DNA of 63,127 bases, filler included, from Lenisia limosa (Eukaryota; Protista; Breviatea), in the NCBI GenBank assembly GCA_001655205.1. It is 16 parts of 16 records of this genome, joined end to end, with 100 filler letters (N's around TTAATTAATTAA, not from the genome) between each part and the next. Parts side by side here need not be neighbours in the genome. Positions count along the whole stretch, not along the records: positions 23,150 to 26,222 come from LPNZ01005213.1; positions 26,323 to 27,671 come from LPNZ01002737.1; positions 27,772 to 29,942 come from LPNZ01011185.1; positions 30,043 to 35,293 come from LPNZ01001697.1; positions 35,394 to 37,138 come from LPNZ01000364.1; 11 more parts are not named here. One strand, 5' to 3'. A program made the position numbers and the translations under genes. Numbering within the stretch: position 1 is the first letter of the stretch; the number at the start of each line of letters is the position of its first letter. This document shows positions 23,452 to 36,424 of the stretch, piece after piece. The notes under the pieces were generated by a model. The model ran no database searches. It worked only from the letters and a program-made list of their open reading frames with translations, and was not told the origin of the DNA.

Positions 23452-25741
23452 GTGGNNNNNNNNNNNNNNNNNNNNNNNNNNNNNNNNNNNNNNNNNNNNN
23501 NNNNNNNNNNNNNNNNNNNNNNNNNNNNNNNNNNNNNTATCTTGGCAGCCGCACTCACCGCTGTTGTGACTCGAGATATGGTTCTCAACCAACAGCAGGC
23601 ATATGTGGTAGGATTAGGGCTTTACTTCGGTTCGAAAAAAGACTGAATGTCTTGATAAATCCTCATCATAATTACTTCTTCTTTTGCCCAGTAACATACT
23701 CATTGCCCCCAGACTCAAGTGCAACTCGACCAAAGAGACTACGAAATGGAGAGGAGCCTTGCTGCCACCCTCATCCAGACGGTCTACAGGAACAACAAAA
23801 TCATTTTGCGGTCGAAGGTTTGTGTTTGGTTGTTTTATCAGCTCATGTTTGGGCAGTTTTTACTGCTTCTTTCTTAGGCAAATGATTGAATGAATTGTGG
23901 ACGGCTTCGGCCAGATACAACCCTATTTTTTATTTATCATTGCTATGTAATACTACAATACTATTCTCCCTTGGTGGACGTCTTTGGCCTGAAACTTCTC
24001 TGTGGTGAAGAGAATTCCATAAGCAATAATATACCAGCCTGCCTCTCAACATCTCAGAAAGTCTCAAAGTCCTTGCGGAAGGAAATGAATCGAAAAAGGG
24101 TGACTATTATTCTGAATCTTCGCGCCATTCGATTGCGTCGACGCCAACGAGTTTGTGGCGTTTTGTCTGAACCTGGACTTTGTTGTTGTGTTTTATCCAA
24201 TGCTCGTGTTGTAATTGCATGATGCTCAGTTTTTGTTTCTTATTTCTATACAAACACATAGTTTAATACCATGTCTCCTATAAGCGTGATGATATGGGTT
24301 GGCCAGATACTACCTGTTCTCATCTTTGTTGAGTCATCATTACTTACGTTTTACCTCGCAGGAAATGGGATCTGTTGACCCGGTGTTGGACAAGCTTCTC
24401 AAAATCGAAAGAGTAGGAGGGTTTTGTTTTCAAGGTGTTCCTTTATTCTTCTTGATGTGGAAGGCTTCATTTCATGATTTTTCTTTTTTTCTTTTTTTCT
24501 TTTCACATTTTGGGGGAATGTTTTCTGGATGTCTAGACCTCTTTACCAGTTGAAATTGTCTTTAGAGATGGTAAATTATTATCACTGATTAATATTATAT
24601 AATATCTATGGTAAGTAAATCTCCACTTTTTATTTATTTCTCATCTTCACATGAGCATTTTTGATAAAACTCGATTGATACTCCTCTTGTCTGATATTTA
24701 TCAAACTCGTTTCAGATTTCTGATCGTTGTCTGTTACTCTTCTCTTTGTCTTTTACTCTTATGTTTGCCTACATCTCTTTGTCCTTTACTCTTATGTTTG
24801 CCTACATCTCTTTGTCTTTTACTCTTATGTTTGCCTATATCTTTTTGTCTTTTACTCCTATCTTTGTCTCATATATGTAACTCCTTTGGTATTCTTCTGA
24901 TAAATACTCCTTAAATACTTATTATCTGATATGTATGGGATACTCTTCTGGCATTTGTCTGATACTTCCATAACGTTAGTAGTGCTATGTGCAGTTAATT
25001 TTTTTAAAAGAAAATAATTGACAAAATTTGAAAATGTCTGAAATTGAGTTTACATTACAATATATCTCACTTCAAATTATGAAATTATTATTCAATTCTC
25101 TACATGTTAATCTGATCCTTCTATCAGCCGGATTTCTACCCAAATTCGTGAATACATTGTAATTTGGCCATTGAGTAGTTCCCAGGTCCTATTTCTCTCA
25201 CACCATATCTCACATTTATCAGGTCAACGCTCGGCTTGAGCAATCAATGACTCGAATGTCTGACGAAATGCGAATAGTCAGGGAGCAGAATAGGGTGAGC
25301 GAAGGGTNNNNNNNNNNNNNNNNNNNNNNNNNNNNNNNNNNNNNNNNNNNNNNNNNNNNNNNNNNNNNNNNNNNNNNNNNNNNNNNNNNNNNNNNNNNNN
25401 NNNNNNNNNNNNNNNNNNNNNNNNNNNNNNNNNNNNNNNNNNNNNNNNNNAGAATTGAATAATATACGCTCACGGCAAAGATGACGTGTGTTATTATTTT
25501 TATTATTATATTGTATGCTGGGGAGGCACGCAGAAAGCTGTGTGCATAGGCAAATGATTGGGTGAATTAATAATATGCATAACAATATCTCTTATCAGAG
25601 TGACGGTGTGGACGGCTTCGGCCAGATACATCTTTATTTCTCATTGCTGTATATGATATATATTATTATTATTATTGTGGTTGACTTGTGTAGGAGCTTC
25701 TTCTGAAGCTTGAGAAAATAGACCTTCGAATGCCTTTCTAG
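23452..25741 (+). CDS. SK/KCNN-like potassium channel C-terminal region (end of S6, calmodulin-binding region, coiled coil), partial
   Basis: ILAAALTAVVTRDMVLNQQQAYVTQVQLDQRDYEMERSLAATLIQTVYR resembles SK [33 protein letters not shown]; later exons are coiled-coil-like; stop TAG 25739-25741. Confidence 0.55.
24741..24870. repeat. 33-bp intronic minisatellite, about 3.5 copies
   Basis: Unit TCTCTTTGTCTTTTACTCTTATGTTTGCCTACA. Confidence 0.85.
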
Positions 25742-26339
25742 CCTGCACTAATTTATCAATGGAACTTGTATCATCAGTTGGGTGTCTTAATAAATATTTG
25801 GCCTTTACAACTTGAATCCCAAAAAGAAAATTATTCACAAATTATTTGCTACTTTAATCAATTTTCACAAGCGAACTACTATAATATGATTGTATTCTGA
25901 GAAATTCATTATTTTTCTTCATAAAAACGAGCAAAAGATCAGTCAGTGCGCCGCGAGTGGGTAATCTGAAGAAAGAGAATCTCATCTTTGACAAACATAC
26001 ACCCCCATTGTATCACCCAAACTCCACCATGATTGTGAAACAGAATAGTAGTAGTACATAAAACATGGAAGAAAGAGCTAAAATCGTCTTGTTGTCGACT
26101 TTTTGTTTCGAGAAGGCCCAGCCCGCGGCTTTCGAGACTTCTTCTGTGATTTATCTGGGGTGGTAAGTAAGAAGAATATATCATTTCAAGAATATCGAGG
26201 AATAAGGAAGTGGGGGGGGGGGNNNNNNNNNNNNNNNNNNNNNNNNNNNNNNNNNNNNNNNNNNNNTTAATTAATTAANNNNNNNNNNNNNNNNNNNNNN
26301 NNNNNNNNNNNNNNNNNNNNNNCTCCCCCCCCCCCCCAG

Positions 26340-27545
26340 GCGTACACTGGAGGTATATCTGAGGTTGCTCTTGAGTACAGTGCTGGAGCAAAGGCATATT
26401 TCAACGAGGTTGGGTGGGTTACCAGGTACTTACTATAAACTATTGTTGGACGTTGCAGCCACTCCGGTTTTTCCATCACATTAACTTTTTAAAACATCAT
26501 CTTGAACTCACCCTTCCCCCCATGTGTGGTATCAGCAATCAGAGTTGATTTTTGGGCTTTTTGTTTTATAAATTTTCCTTCGTTTTATGAGTGGAGTTGA
26601 TTTTGGGCTTTTTCCAATTTTACAAAAATTTCCTTCGTTTTACCCCCCCCCCCCCNNNNNNNNNNNNNNNNNNNNNNNNNNNNNNNNNNNNNNNNNNNNN
26701 NNNNNNNNNNNNNNNNNNNNNNNNNNNNNNNNNNNNNNNNNNNNNNNNNNNNNNNNNNNNNNNNNNNNNNNNNNNNNNNNNNNNNNNNNNNNNNNNNNNN
26801 NNNNNNNNNNNNNNNNNNNNAAAGCGGCGATCAAACTAATACTGGCGGACTGCAGGTTTGCGTGAAGTGAGGTGATGGATTTTTTTGTAGTTGAAACGAA
26901 GATTATAAAGATCCGTCGGTTATCTCTACACAAAAACACCATAATAAAGAGCTGGAGGTGTAATAGATGATTGGTAAGGTGGAGCAATGATGATGATTAT
27001 TATTGTTACTGTGTTGGAGTGATTTACAACAAACCTGCTCCCTAGTGTTGGTTGTGGTTTGAAACCACTTTTATTAATATTATAACCCCCCATCACCCAC
27101 CGCGACTGGCTTGGGCTTTTTGTTTGTTATTATTAACCCTCGTGTGTTGTCAGCCTACAGAGTTGATTCTGGGCTCCCTCCCCCCCATAAATTTTCCAAT
27201 TTTAAATCCATTAGGACCATTTCCTCAACGAATTGGAGAACGCCTTTGTCATCTTCAATGTACATGGGTCTTCAATTACTGCTAAAGTTGGAGGGGGGAC
27301 GAGGTACTCCAATAATAGCTTAGTATCTTTACGCCAATATTCTTCATCGAAATTTTCTTCGTTTACCCCTGCTTCCCCCAACATTCTTGTTTAAACATAC
27401 TTACGCCAGGTACTTGAACACGAACACGAGGACTCCGAAGACGTCCACCTTATCCAGCTTCCCTCCGACGCCTGTTCTTGTCCTGTGTGCGACAGTCACA
27501 ATTCGATCTTTGATCTTGGCACCCCGCTGGAGTACGAATTTGAAG
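26340..27545 (+). CDS. Internal exons of an unidentified gene
   Basis: AG/GT-bounded frames AYTGGISEVALEYSAGAKAYFNE, DHFLNELENAFVIFN, VLEHEHEDSEDVHLIQLPSDACSCPVCDSHNSIFDLGTPLEYEFE. Confidence 0.4.
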
Positions 27546-28768
27546 TAGGGGAGGGGAGAATTGTATTTGTAACGTTCTTCATCGAAATTTTCTTCGTTGA
27601 CGGTGTGATAGTGCGGTGCCTCAGAAGCGACTGGGTTTTGTTTGCTTTGTTGTTATCAATCCTCGTGTGTTNNNNNNNNNNNNNNNNNNNNNNNNNNNNN
27701 NNNNNNNNNNNNNNNTTAATTAATTAANNNNNNNNNNNNNNNNNNNNNNNNNNNNNNNNNNNNNNNNNNNNGCGAGACCCAAATGCGGCTCGGAGGCGCT
27801 GCTAAGGCTGTGACAAGGTGGGAGGGAGGTGAGATATAAAAAAGTTGATTTTGGGCTTTTCTTCTTCTTCGTCTTCGTCTTCGTCTTCTTGCGCACAAAT
27901 TTCCTATCTTCCTTCTATGTGATCTTTTTTCATAAATATTCCAATCCCCTCCCCCAGAGCCACGGATGACTTAGTTGAAGCCGCTCGTCAAGCCGCAGTT
28001 ATGGACGCGGGTGGAGAGNNNNNNNNNNNNNNNNNNNNNNNNNNNNNNNNNNNNNNNNNNNNNNNNNNNNNNNNNNNNNNNNNNNNNNNNNNNNNNNNNN
28101 NNNNNNNNNNNNNNNNNNNNNNNNNNNNNNNNNNNNNNNNNNNNNNNNNNNNNNNNNNNNNNNNNNNNCAAGAATTCAAGTCAACGCATCACAGTGATGT
28201 ATTCCATGCTCTGGAATCTGGAATAGTCTTGACCGATTTTCTATATGGTTTCCCAATGATAATCGGACAAGATTTATTCCGGTCACTGTAGCTGTACATG
28301 TTTTAGAACCTTGGCCTTGCGATGATGATAGATATGTATGACGCTGAAACCTAAAACATTCCCTATTTTTGTTTTGTTAGTATCAACCATTTTGTGTTGT
28401 CAGCAAATTTTGTTTCATAAATATCCTTCATTTTACCCCCCCCCCCCCCNNNNNNNNNNNNNNNNNNNNNNNNNNNNNNNNNNNNNNNNNNNNNNNNNNN
28501 NNNNNNNNNNNNNNNNNNNNNNNNNNNNNNNNNNNNNNNNNNNNNNNNNNNNNNNNNNNNNNNNNNNNNNNNNNNNNNNNNNNNNNNNNNNNNNNNNNNN
28601 NNNNNNNNNNNNNNNNNNNNNNNNNNTACTTTTGTGTTTTTGTTTGTGGGGGGATTTCATATTTCTTGTGGTCAACCAACATGCTTATCATTCGAAACCT
28701 CCACCATCGGCCTTAAATTCACTCCGCCCATATGCCTTCGTGTTATTCAATATTTAAGAAGCGTGATG

Positions 28769-29000
28769 GTGTGGACGACTTCGGTCAGATACAAAGTTGT
28801 TTTATTTATCATTGCTCTATATAATCTATTATCTCTTATGAGCGCGGTGTGCATGGCTTCGACCAGATACCACCCTTTTATTTTCTATATTCCCCCGAAC
28901 TTTCACGGGACTTTTTACCCCCGTCTATTCCCCCTATTTATTTTATATAAAGCTATGAGAAATATAAAAAAAAAAGTTGTATCTGACCGAAGCCGTCCAG
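28769..29000. mobile_element. Family E element with inverted ends
   Basis: TGGACGaCTTCGGTCAGATACAA at 28769 and its reverse complement TTGTATCTGACCGAAGCCGTCCA ending near 29000, with a third internal copy near 28845. Confidence 0.6.
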
Positions 29001-30894
29001 AACAATTTATTTTATGGTCATGGTTTTATAACTTTTTTAATCCTCCCATCTTACCCTGCCAGTCTCGCCGTGCTATGACGGACGTTCACAAGTCCAAATA
29101 CAAGAAATAATCTGGACGCTTCATCCTGGGTTTGTAGTTTTGTGGTTTATGTTTAGCTCTATATTATGTTTATTTTCAACGTGTCTGGAGTGAGTGAGTG
29201 AGAGAGGGAGGGGAGTGACTCATCATGGGATTTTTGTTTTGTGGTTTATACTTAGCTCTTTGTGCATAGAGGAGGGGGAGAGCTTTTTTTTGAAACCAAT
29301 CTGTACTCCTATAGGTTTAGTTTAGTTATCAAATAGTTAGGTGTGATGATCTCATGGTATTAGAAGAGAGAGAGAGGGGAGGGGGGGGGGGCTGAGAGTT
29401 GGTATTATCGTATTTGACGATTTTAAAAAAAGACATAAACGAGCAAGTCAATATGAAGTGATCTGGTTTCTTTCCTGGGGGATTTAAACAATTATGTTTC
29501 GCAGCCAAGACAGGGCCGAAAGAACCACCTTGTTGTGCTCATAAAAAAGAGATTCAATTTCATATTTCGTACTTATGACCAGTAAAACGGAAAAACCTAA
29601 GAACAGAAGAAGCAGTGAATATCTATTCACTTCACCCATGGCATAAGAGCAGATTGCAGGATTGGAAGATTCCTAAAGTTTGAATGGCGCAATCGACTTT
29701 AAATAACAGAAGAGATGGGAAGAAAGGTGTACTTTCCTGTCCCCTTGCACCCCATAAGAACGACAAGACGGTTTGACTCGAGAGCAATGCTTGTTTTCTT
29801 CAGGTATTAGAAACGAATATTTTGATCTGCTCAATCTTCTTGTATAACAATGAGTTGTGACTGTGCCACGAAATGACTATATTTTGATTTAATACTTATA
29901 ATATATATCTATATCAATGAGAAATAAAAATAAAGATGTTTCNNNNNNNNNNNNNNNNNNNNNNNNNNNNNNNNNNNNNNNNNNNNTTAATTAATTAANN
30001 NNNNNNNNNNNNNNNNNNNNNNNNNNNNNNNNNNNNNNNNNNAATTTAAGTTCGCATTCGTGTTTAAGAATTTACTTAAAATCTCTATACCGGAACGGTC
30101 TCTGAGGGGGTGGGATTCGTTTGGATTTAGGTGGTGGGGTAGAGTTACGTGTAACTATTTTTTGAAGAAAATAATTGCCAATATTTGAAATTAAAGCGTC
30201 TGAAATGGAGTTCAAGTTACAATATGTCCCAGTTCAAAATTCAAAATTAATTCTTCAATTAATTGCACGTAGTCCTGGGGTTTGGAATGGTGGGGAGTGT
30301 GGGGTGAGGGGGATGTCAACTGTGAAAGAATGTATCATAAACACAGATTTTATCACACATCATTCTGGTTCCAATTTATGTTGATCTAAAATGTGCATTA
30401 TCCTGAGGCCTTGCTATTTACATTTCACTTAACATAAAATTTTTTTGATATACCGATATGAAATACAGAGTTAAGATGTATTTAAAAATTTTATAATAAT
30501 TTTTACTAGATCGAACTTTTTTTTTGATATTTCTAATCTCTATTTTTCATATGATATATCTAACAGAATAAGTAGCTAGACATGAATTATAATTTTTACA
30601 AGTTGTACATCTAATATAATAATTGCTCTAAGATCGAATAAATTAGATATTGATTTGCATTTGGATATGAGCATCTAACATGATTATTGTTCAAATAGAA
30701 TAAATATTTGTACATATCACATTTTTAATGGCTCTATTATCGAAATTTTATCATGCATGTTGTATTGATCATATCTAACCGAATAATTGCTCTTAGATCG
30801 AATGCAAAGCCACGGGAGCAGTTACAATGGCAGATACCTACAGCAGCACAGCTGTGGCCTCAAGCTTTGTCAGTGGTATGTTGTGTTGGGTTGA

Positions 30895-30991
30895 GGGCTT
30901 CACTTCGGTTTGAAAAAAGACTCTTGTTTTCGATAAATCGTCGAAAATTATCGATATTTTGGCGGTCTTTTTTCGAACAGAAGTGAAGCCC
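30895..30991. mobile_element. MITE-like family A copy
   Basis: GGGCTTCACTTCGGTTtGAAAAAAGAC...GTCTTTTTTCGAACaGAAGTGAAGCCC. Confidence 0.8.
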
Positions 30992-31645
30992 ACGTTGGGC
31001 TATTTAAGTGACACAACCTTGTTTTATTTCTTGTCGCTATATGTTGTTCGCCATGTGTAATTGTCAATTGTCAGGAATTTGGTCTGGCTGTACTTTTCTA
31101 AATAGACCATGGTTAATGATGGTGTATTGAGCTCACGNNNNNNNNNNNNNNNNNNNNNNNNNNNNNNNNNNNNNNNNNNNNNNNNNNNNNNNNNNNNNNN
31201 NNNNNNNNNNNNNNNNNNNNNNNNNNNNNNNNNNNNNNNNNNNNNNNNNNNNNNNNNNNNNNNNNNNNNNNNNNNNNNNNNNNNNNNNNNNNNNNNNNNN
31301 NNNNNNNNNNNNNNNNNNNNNNNNNNNNNTGACACGGAAATTGAACTATTTTTAGTCAATCGTGTCAGGACTTCTCGCGGTCAGTGTATATCTGTAGTGC
31401 TTCTCTGCAATCTAAAATTAAACTGAATCTCTTGATTAACTCGGTTTCTGATAATATTTCCTGAAATGCCTTTGAGAATTTGTTTTCTGCTATAACTGAA
31501 AACTATTCATCAATTAAACCATATTCTCACAAATATATTTAGCGAATAGCAAATCAAATTCACGCCCATTTAGCGTCATTCGAAAGCGGAGTTGCCAAAA
31601 TGAGAGACATCCCAACCTACACCCCGACAGCTCTTGGAAATACTG

Positions 31646-31700
31646 CTAGTAACTGGGGGGTCGATAGTAACTGGGGGGGTCGCTAGTAACTGGGGGTCGA
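31646..31700. repeat. Three copies of an 18-bp G-run repeat
   Basis: CTAGTAACTGGGGGGTCG x3. Confidence 0.85.
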
Positions 31701-32217
31701 TTTTTTTTGTATTGGACAATATGCTGTCAATTGTATTTCTTAAATCTACAGTTTAACCGCTCTTCCTCCTAGTAAATTGAGATTTTACCAGGCTTTTTGA
31801 CCGCAAGTGTTAGTCATTTTTTTGAGCATAGCTACGAAACCGTCAGTAACACATATTCAGTGACCGGGATAAGTCTTTACCGATCCCAAGGAAAAAGGTC
31901 GAGACTTATCCCGGGTACTGGTAACATATAGTGCTATATGGAGGTATGGGGGTCCGACTATTTCCCAAGCTATATTTTCATATAAGTAGTACACTTGTCC
32001 AATTCTCAAACAAAAACATGCTTATGTAGATTAATGAACTGTGAAGCATTCTTTGTCAGCCAGCGCAAGGCGTTTTCAAAACGTATCATCAATCATTATT
32101 TTTCAGGACTTTGATTTTGCAGTGAAGATTTGGTCGGACCTATCTACGATAATACTTCACCTCCATTATATAGTACATACTATATAGCGAATGTTTGAAG
32201 AGTTATAGAGGTTTAGG

Positions 32218-33650
32218 TGAATGTGACTAACTCATCAGGTCAGGACCAATTTGTTACTGGTAGTTGGAACAGCTTTACTACCGAGGTGGGCGGCCCATTG
32301 GTTTCTGATTTGGATCCGATTGTTTTTATTGGGGCTCCGTGCAATTAATTGAAAAAATAATTCCAAAATTTTAAGTGCGACATATTGTATGAAAACTCAA
32401 TTTCTGACACTTTAATTGCTAATTTTGTCAATAAATTTCTTCAAAAAATTAATTGCACTGAGCCCTAATTGTAAATACTATATCCAAGTATATATATATT
32501 CATATTTAATTTTAGCTTTTCTAACACCGCCCCCCTCAAGGAACCTTCTCTCATAATTTGCACGGCCAGTGTACAACATACCAACTCTTTTATCACATCA
32601 TCTGTCGATATTGACGGTGAGAGGGGGGGGGGCAATATCATTTCCTCTCTTAAAAATAAGTTGCACAATATCATTTCTTAAAAAAGTTTCACGCAAACAG
32701 ACTTCAGGCATGTCTATGGACAACACTTTGACTCGCACCCCACATTTGATGCCCCACAACTCCTCTTCAAAAGAGTCATGCGTACGTGGTGTGTTGTACC
32801 GAAGCTCTTAGAATGCTGACAGTTGTCATGAATATCCGATCATAATTTTTTTTAACTACTTTTCAAGAATGTAACTCGTATATTTTATTAATAAGTACTT
32901 TTATTTCAGTAAATCTAAATCTCACGCATTTCTCTCCGTTACGTTTATATTTGTCCTTCTGAGCCGGTTTTTGGAAATATCATCTGTCAAAGAACAACAA
33001 TTATGTTTTCATGTTAACCAAAATCTTAGTTAACTCAAGTCAAAGATAGTAAAAAATATTACATTTTTATGCTGTTATATTTATATGCTATGGATTGTGA
33101 GAAGAGTGGTATTTATCTATTTTCTAATCAATCATTTAGAGGGGACCCACATGACGAGGCTATATACTGGAATCGGGTATGTTGTGGGGCTTATCTCCGT
33201 TTTCTTATGTTTCCCTAGATTTATTTATTTTCTTGTTAACTCACCCCACCCCCCAGGTCAGGAACCGAATCCAGGATCTCAGGCAGAATCCAGGCAGCGT
33301 CTGTACCCGTGAAGGGCATCCGAACTCTGGAGTGAGGGCGGGATAGGACTCTGGAGTGAGGCGGGATGGGACTCTGGAGTGAGGGCGGAATGGGACTCTG
33401 GAGAGAGGGCGGGATGGGAGAAAAGAATTTGCATATCTCTAACCGCGAGAAGTCCTGATACGAATGTTATCGTTAGCCAACCCAATCAGGATTTATCTCG
33501 GTCACTGTATATAATGCCAGGACGCTTATGTAGATCGTGGCAGGGTTATCGCAGACAGTTTGTATCATATGTACAAATCTTACGGACAGTTTGTTTCTTT
33601 TTTTACTTTATAGTATTGCTGGAACTACGCAAACGAGTCTTGACACAGGG
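32218..33650 (+). CDS. Internal exons of an unidentified gene
   Basis: Short AG/GT-bounded GC-richer segments (VNVTNSSGQDQFVTGSWNSFTTE; DFRHVYGQHFDSHPTFDAPQLLFKRVM; RGDPHDEAIYWNR) separated by MITE-bearing introns; frames not fully resolved. Confidence 0.35.
32332..32465. mobile_element. MITE-like family F copy (about 134 bp)
   Basis: GGGCTCcGTGCAATTAATT...AATTAATTGCACtGAGCCC|ta; partial relatives at 24985-25075, 30150-30275, 34008-34086, 51414-51490, 57145-57200. Confidence 0.7.
33324..33419. repeat. 24-bp tandem repeat x4
   Basis: ACTCTGGAGTGAGGGCGGGAT(A/G)GG. Confidence 0.85.
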
Positions 33651-33673
33651 TATGTGGTGTTTTAATGTAGTTA

Positions 33674-33771
33674 AAGCTTCACTTCGGTTCAAAAAACTGA
33701 ATTTCTCGATAAATTCTCGAAAACTAACGATATTTTCCAGATTTTTTTTTTTTCAAACCGAAGTGAAGCCC
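33674..33771. mobile_element. MITE-like family A copy
   Basis: GCTTCACTTCGGTTCAAAAAACTGAATTTCTCGATAAAT...AACCGAAGTGAAGCCC|ta. Confidence 0.8.
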
Positions 33772-36346
33772 TAAATGTCGTCAATGCTGAAAAAAGTGAT
33801 ACATAATCCCCCTATGTCATAAATGTAGAGATTGGAATAAAACAAGGTGGTATTTGACCAAAGCCGTCTACAATCAGGATTAAAGAGATAGTGGATAAGA
33901 GTATAAGAATAATAAGTTACCCAATTATTCTTTATGTACCTATAAGGATTAGAATAGCAAAAGCTTGTATAAATTAAATACATGTAGCTTGTATAAATAC
34001 ATATTGTCATGGGAACCCCATTTCAGACACTTTAATTTCAAATTTTGTCAATTAATTTCTTCAAAAATTAACTACACGATGCCCTAAAAAAATAAAACAG
34101 ATTCCCCCCTCTTTTCGGTTCGATAAAAGTATCGAAATTAAATGCATATATTTTGGAATTGTAAACGGGCTCGTCAAAAAATACTATGGTGGTTTTACGG
34201 CAATAGTTAAATCATAAACTGAAATATAATATTTATTTTTTTTATTTTAATGAACACCAAAACAAAACAAGAAAAAGGAAAGTTTTTGCAACCGGAAGCA
34301 GTTTCTAAAAATTTCAGTCCATTTTTTAAACAAGCCCAGAAGTAAACCTCTCATTTAAACTTTGCGCCATCCTCACTAACCAGAGCTACATTCCTCTCCG
34401 CCCCACTTTCAATGAATGGAGAAACTGTTTTAGTGTCCGTGTCAGCTGGCTACAAGTCCTCATCAAATCACCTTCCTATTGTCTTCAAGCTCAAAGTGAG
34501 GACTGAATCTTCGCATAAACTGACCGCCATAAGTTCTAACATGGATATTTTTTTTGTGAAAAGAATGGAACAAAGAGAACGTGTCAAACTTTTTGCCTTC
34601 ACTGTATTAATTAATTGGGTGCAATTGTAACATGAACCCCTTCTCAGACTCTTTAATTCCAACAATAGCCTCACAAATAAAGTACAGGTCCTAATATTAT
34701 TGTTTCATCTCCGTCACTTCTTTCTAGGTGTTGACACTTTGATTGTGAATGTATGTACGCTGATAAACATCAAATACCACGATTTAATGAAAGTTGTCCT
34801 CGGATGTTACTTATACTGTTAATTTTGCCATCAGGAAAAGTATATGGTTTTGTTATTAAGTTAATTCTTGAAATATTTTCCTTTGTATTAATTGACGATC
34901 ATAGTGGGGCAGTCTGGTCTTAGCCACACATACTGTTTCAATTGGGGCACTTTCGGAGGACTGTGTCATCAATTTCGAATGGTGAGCTCCCAGATCAAGT
35001 TCCACAGCTTCCTCGTAACAAAAGTGATTGACAGTTGGATTGACTTTAAGATCTTAACGTTCGCTTCCAAAAGACTAACAAAATATCGATATTTTTCGAG
35101 GATTCATCGAGAATTCAATCTTTTTTGGAACCGAAAGTGAAGCTCTATTTTGAACTCACCCAGAGCTTCAATAATATCCCCAGGGTGCAAATTGCTCTGT
35201 TGTATTTAATGTTACTATTTTTTACTGCATTCAGGGTTGGCAGTTTGGTTGGTGACGAAACATTGACTGTCTATGGCAAAGGCACGAATGTATNNNNNNN
35301 NNNNNNNNNNNNNNNNNNNNNNNNNNNNNNNNNNNNNTTAATTAATTAANNNNNNNNNNNNNNNNNNNNNNNNNNNNNNNNNNNNNNNNNNNNGTCCATG
35401 ATGGGCGGTTTTGCAAAGCCTTATGAATGGCTTGTTGTTACCAGAAAGTTTTCTAGGATAAGTGGATTGTATAGTAATGTAATATTCCAGAAAGATTGCA
35501 TTTTTGGACTTGGCCTCAGGGTCTCCGAGAGGAACGTTTGTCTCCGTTCCGCCTGTCACCCCCATGACTTTGCTCTTGCATTCTCAGCTGGAAGTGAAGT
35601 GGCGACGATTTCACCTTTTGGCCGTATGTTTTTCAATAATTTTGGGAAATAACTGCCTTATTATATAATTCCCAGGCCAAGGGCAGTAATGAATGGAGTG
35701 ACAACTGTGTTTTCCCATAAACAGCATAGTGTAACAAAGAAAATGAATATGATATGCTGTGTTATTGTTATTTTTGAGTACTCAGTTTATTTTAGGAATT
35801 AGATTTATGTATATAGGTACTTCCGAGTGTCAACATACTGATATGCTACGTGATCTGCTAGGCTCAACCGGTTTCACCCATAACCCGTCATTGGCTGAAG
35901 AGCCTGCGTCAAGGCGTGTTGTGGTCAGTCCATCATATTGATGTAAAAACCTCTTGTCTTTTTAACAAGGTTAGATCTCAGAAGTGAAACAGTTAGTCGA
36001 GGTAGCTGCCTTCTTCCCTGCACCAGGTTTGTGAGTTGCAGTTCATAATATACATACCCTTATTTGGATGTCAACATAACATATGTGTCTGAAAACGAAA
36101 TAACTACACAAATAAACGTATTTCTGCTACGTCACTTTTTTATTCTTATTCAACCCCTTTATAAAGTTGACTCAATAGAGTTGATTTATCTTTTATCAAA
36201 CAGGCTCCGTAGAACCCGCCCTTCCTGTCATCGTCCGAAAATCGAAATCAGGTTGGCTATTTTTACTGACTTAACCTCCTAACTTTTTGAACTTTTGTCT
36301 TAGAGTTCTCTTTTCCCCCTGGCTCCTTTCAGACGAGGAGAGTATA

Positions 36347-36424
36347 CTGTGACGGGGATAAGTCTTGACCGATTTACAATGGATTATCCTCATGAAAATC
36401 GGTCAAAACTTATCCTGGTCACTA
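36347..36424. mobile_element. MITE family B copy
   Basis: ta|CtGTGACgGGGATAAGTCTTGACCGATTT...AAATCGGTCAAAACTTATCCtGGTCACT. Confidence 0.8.

Noticed and set aside
29400-29900. Possible minus-strand exons
   Set aside because: No consistent reading frame or recognisable motif.
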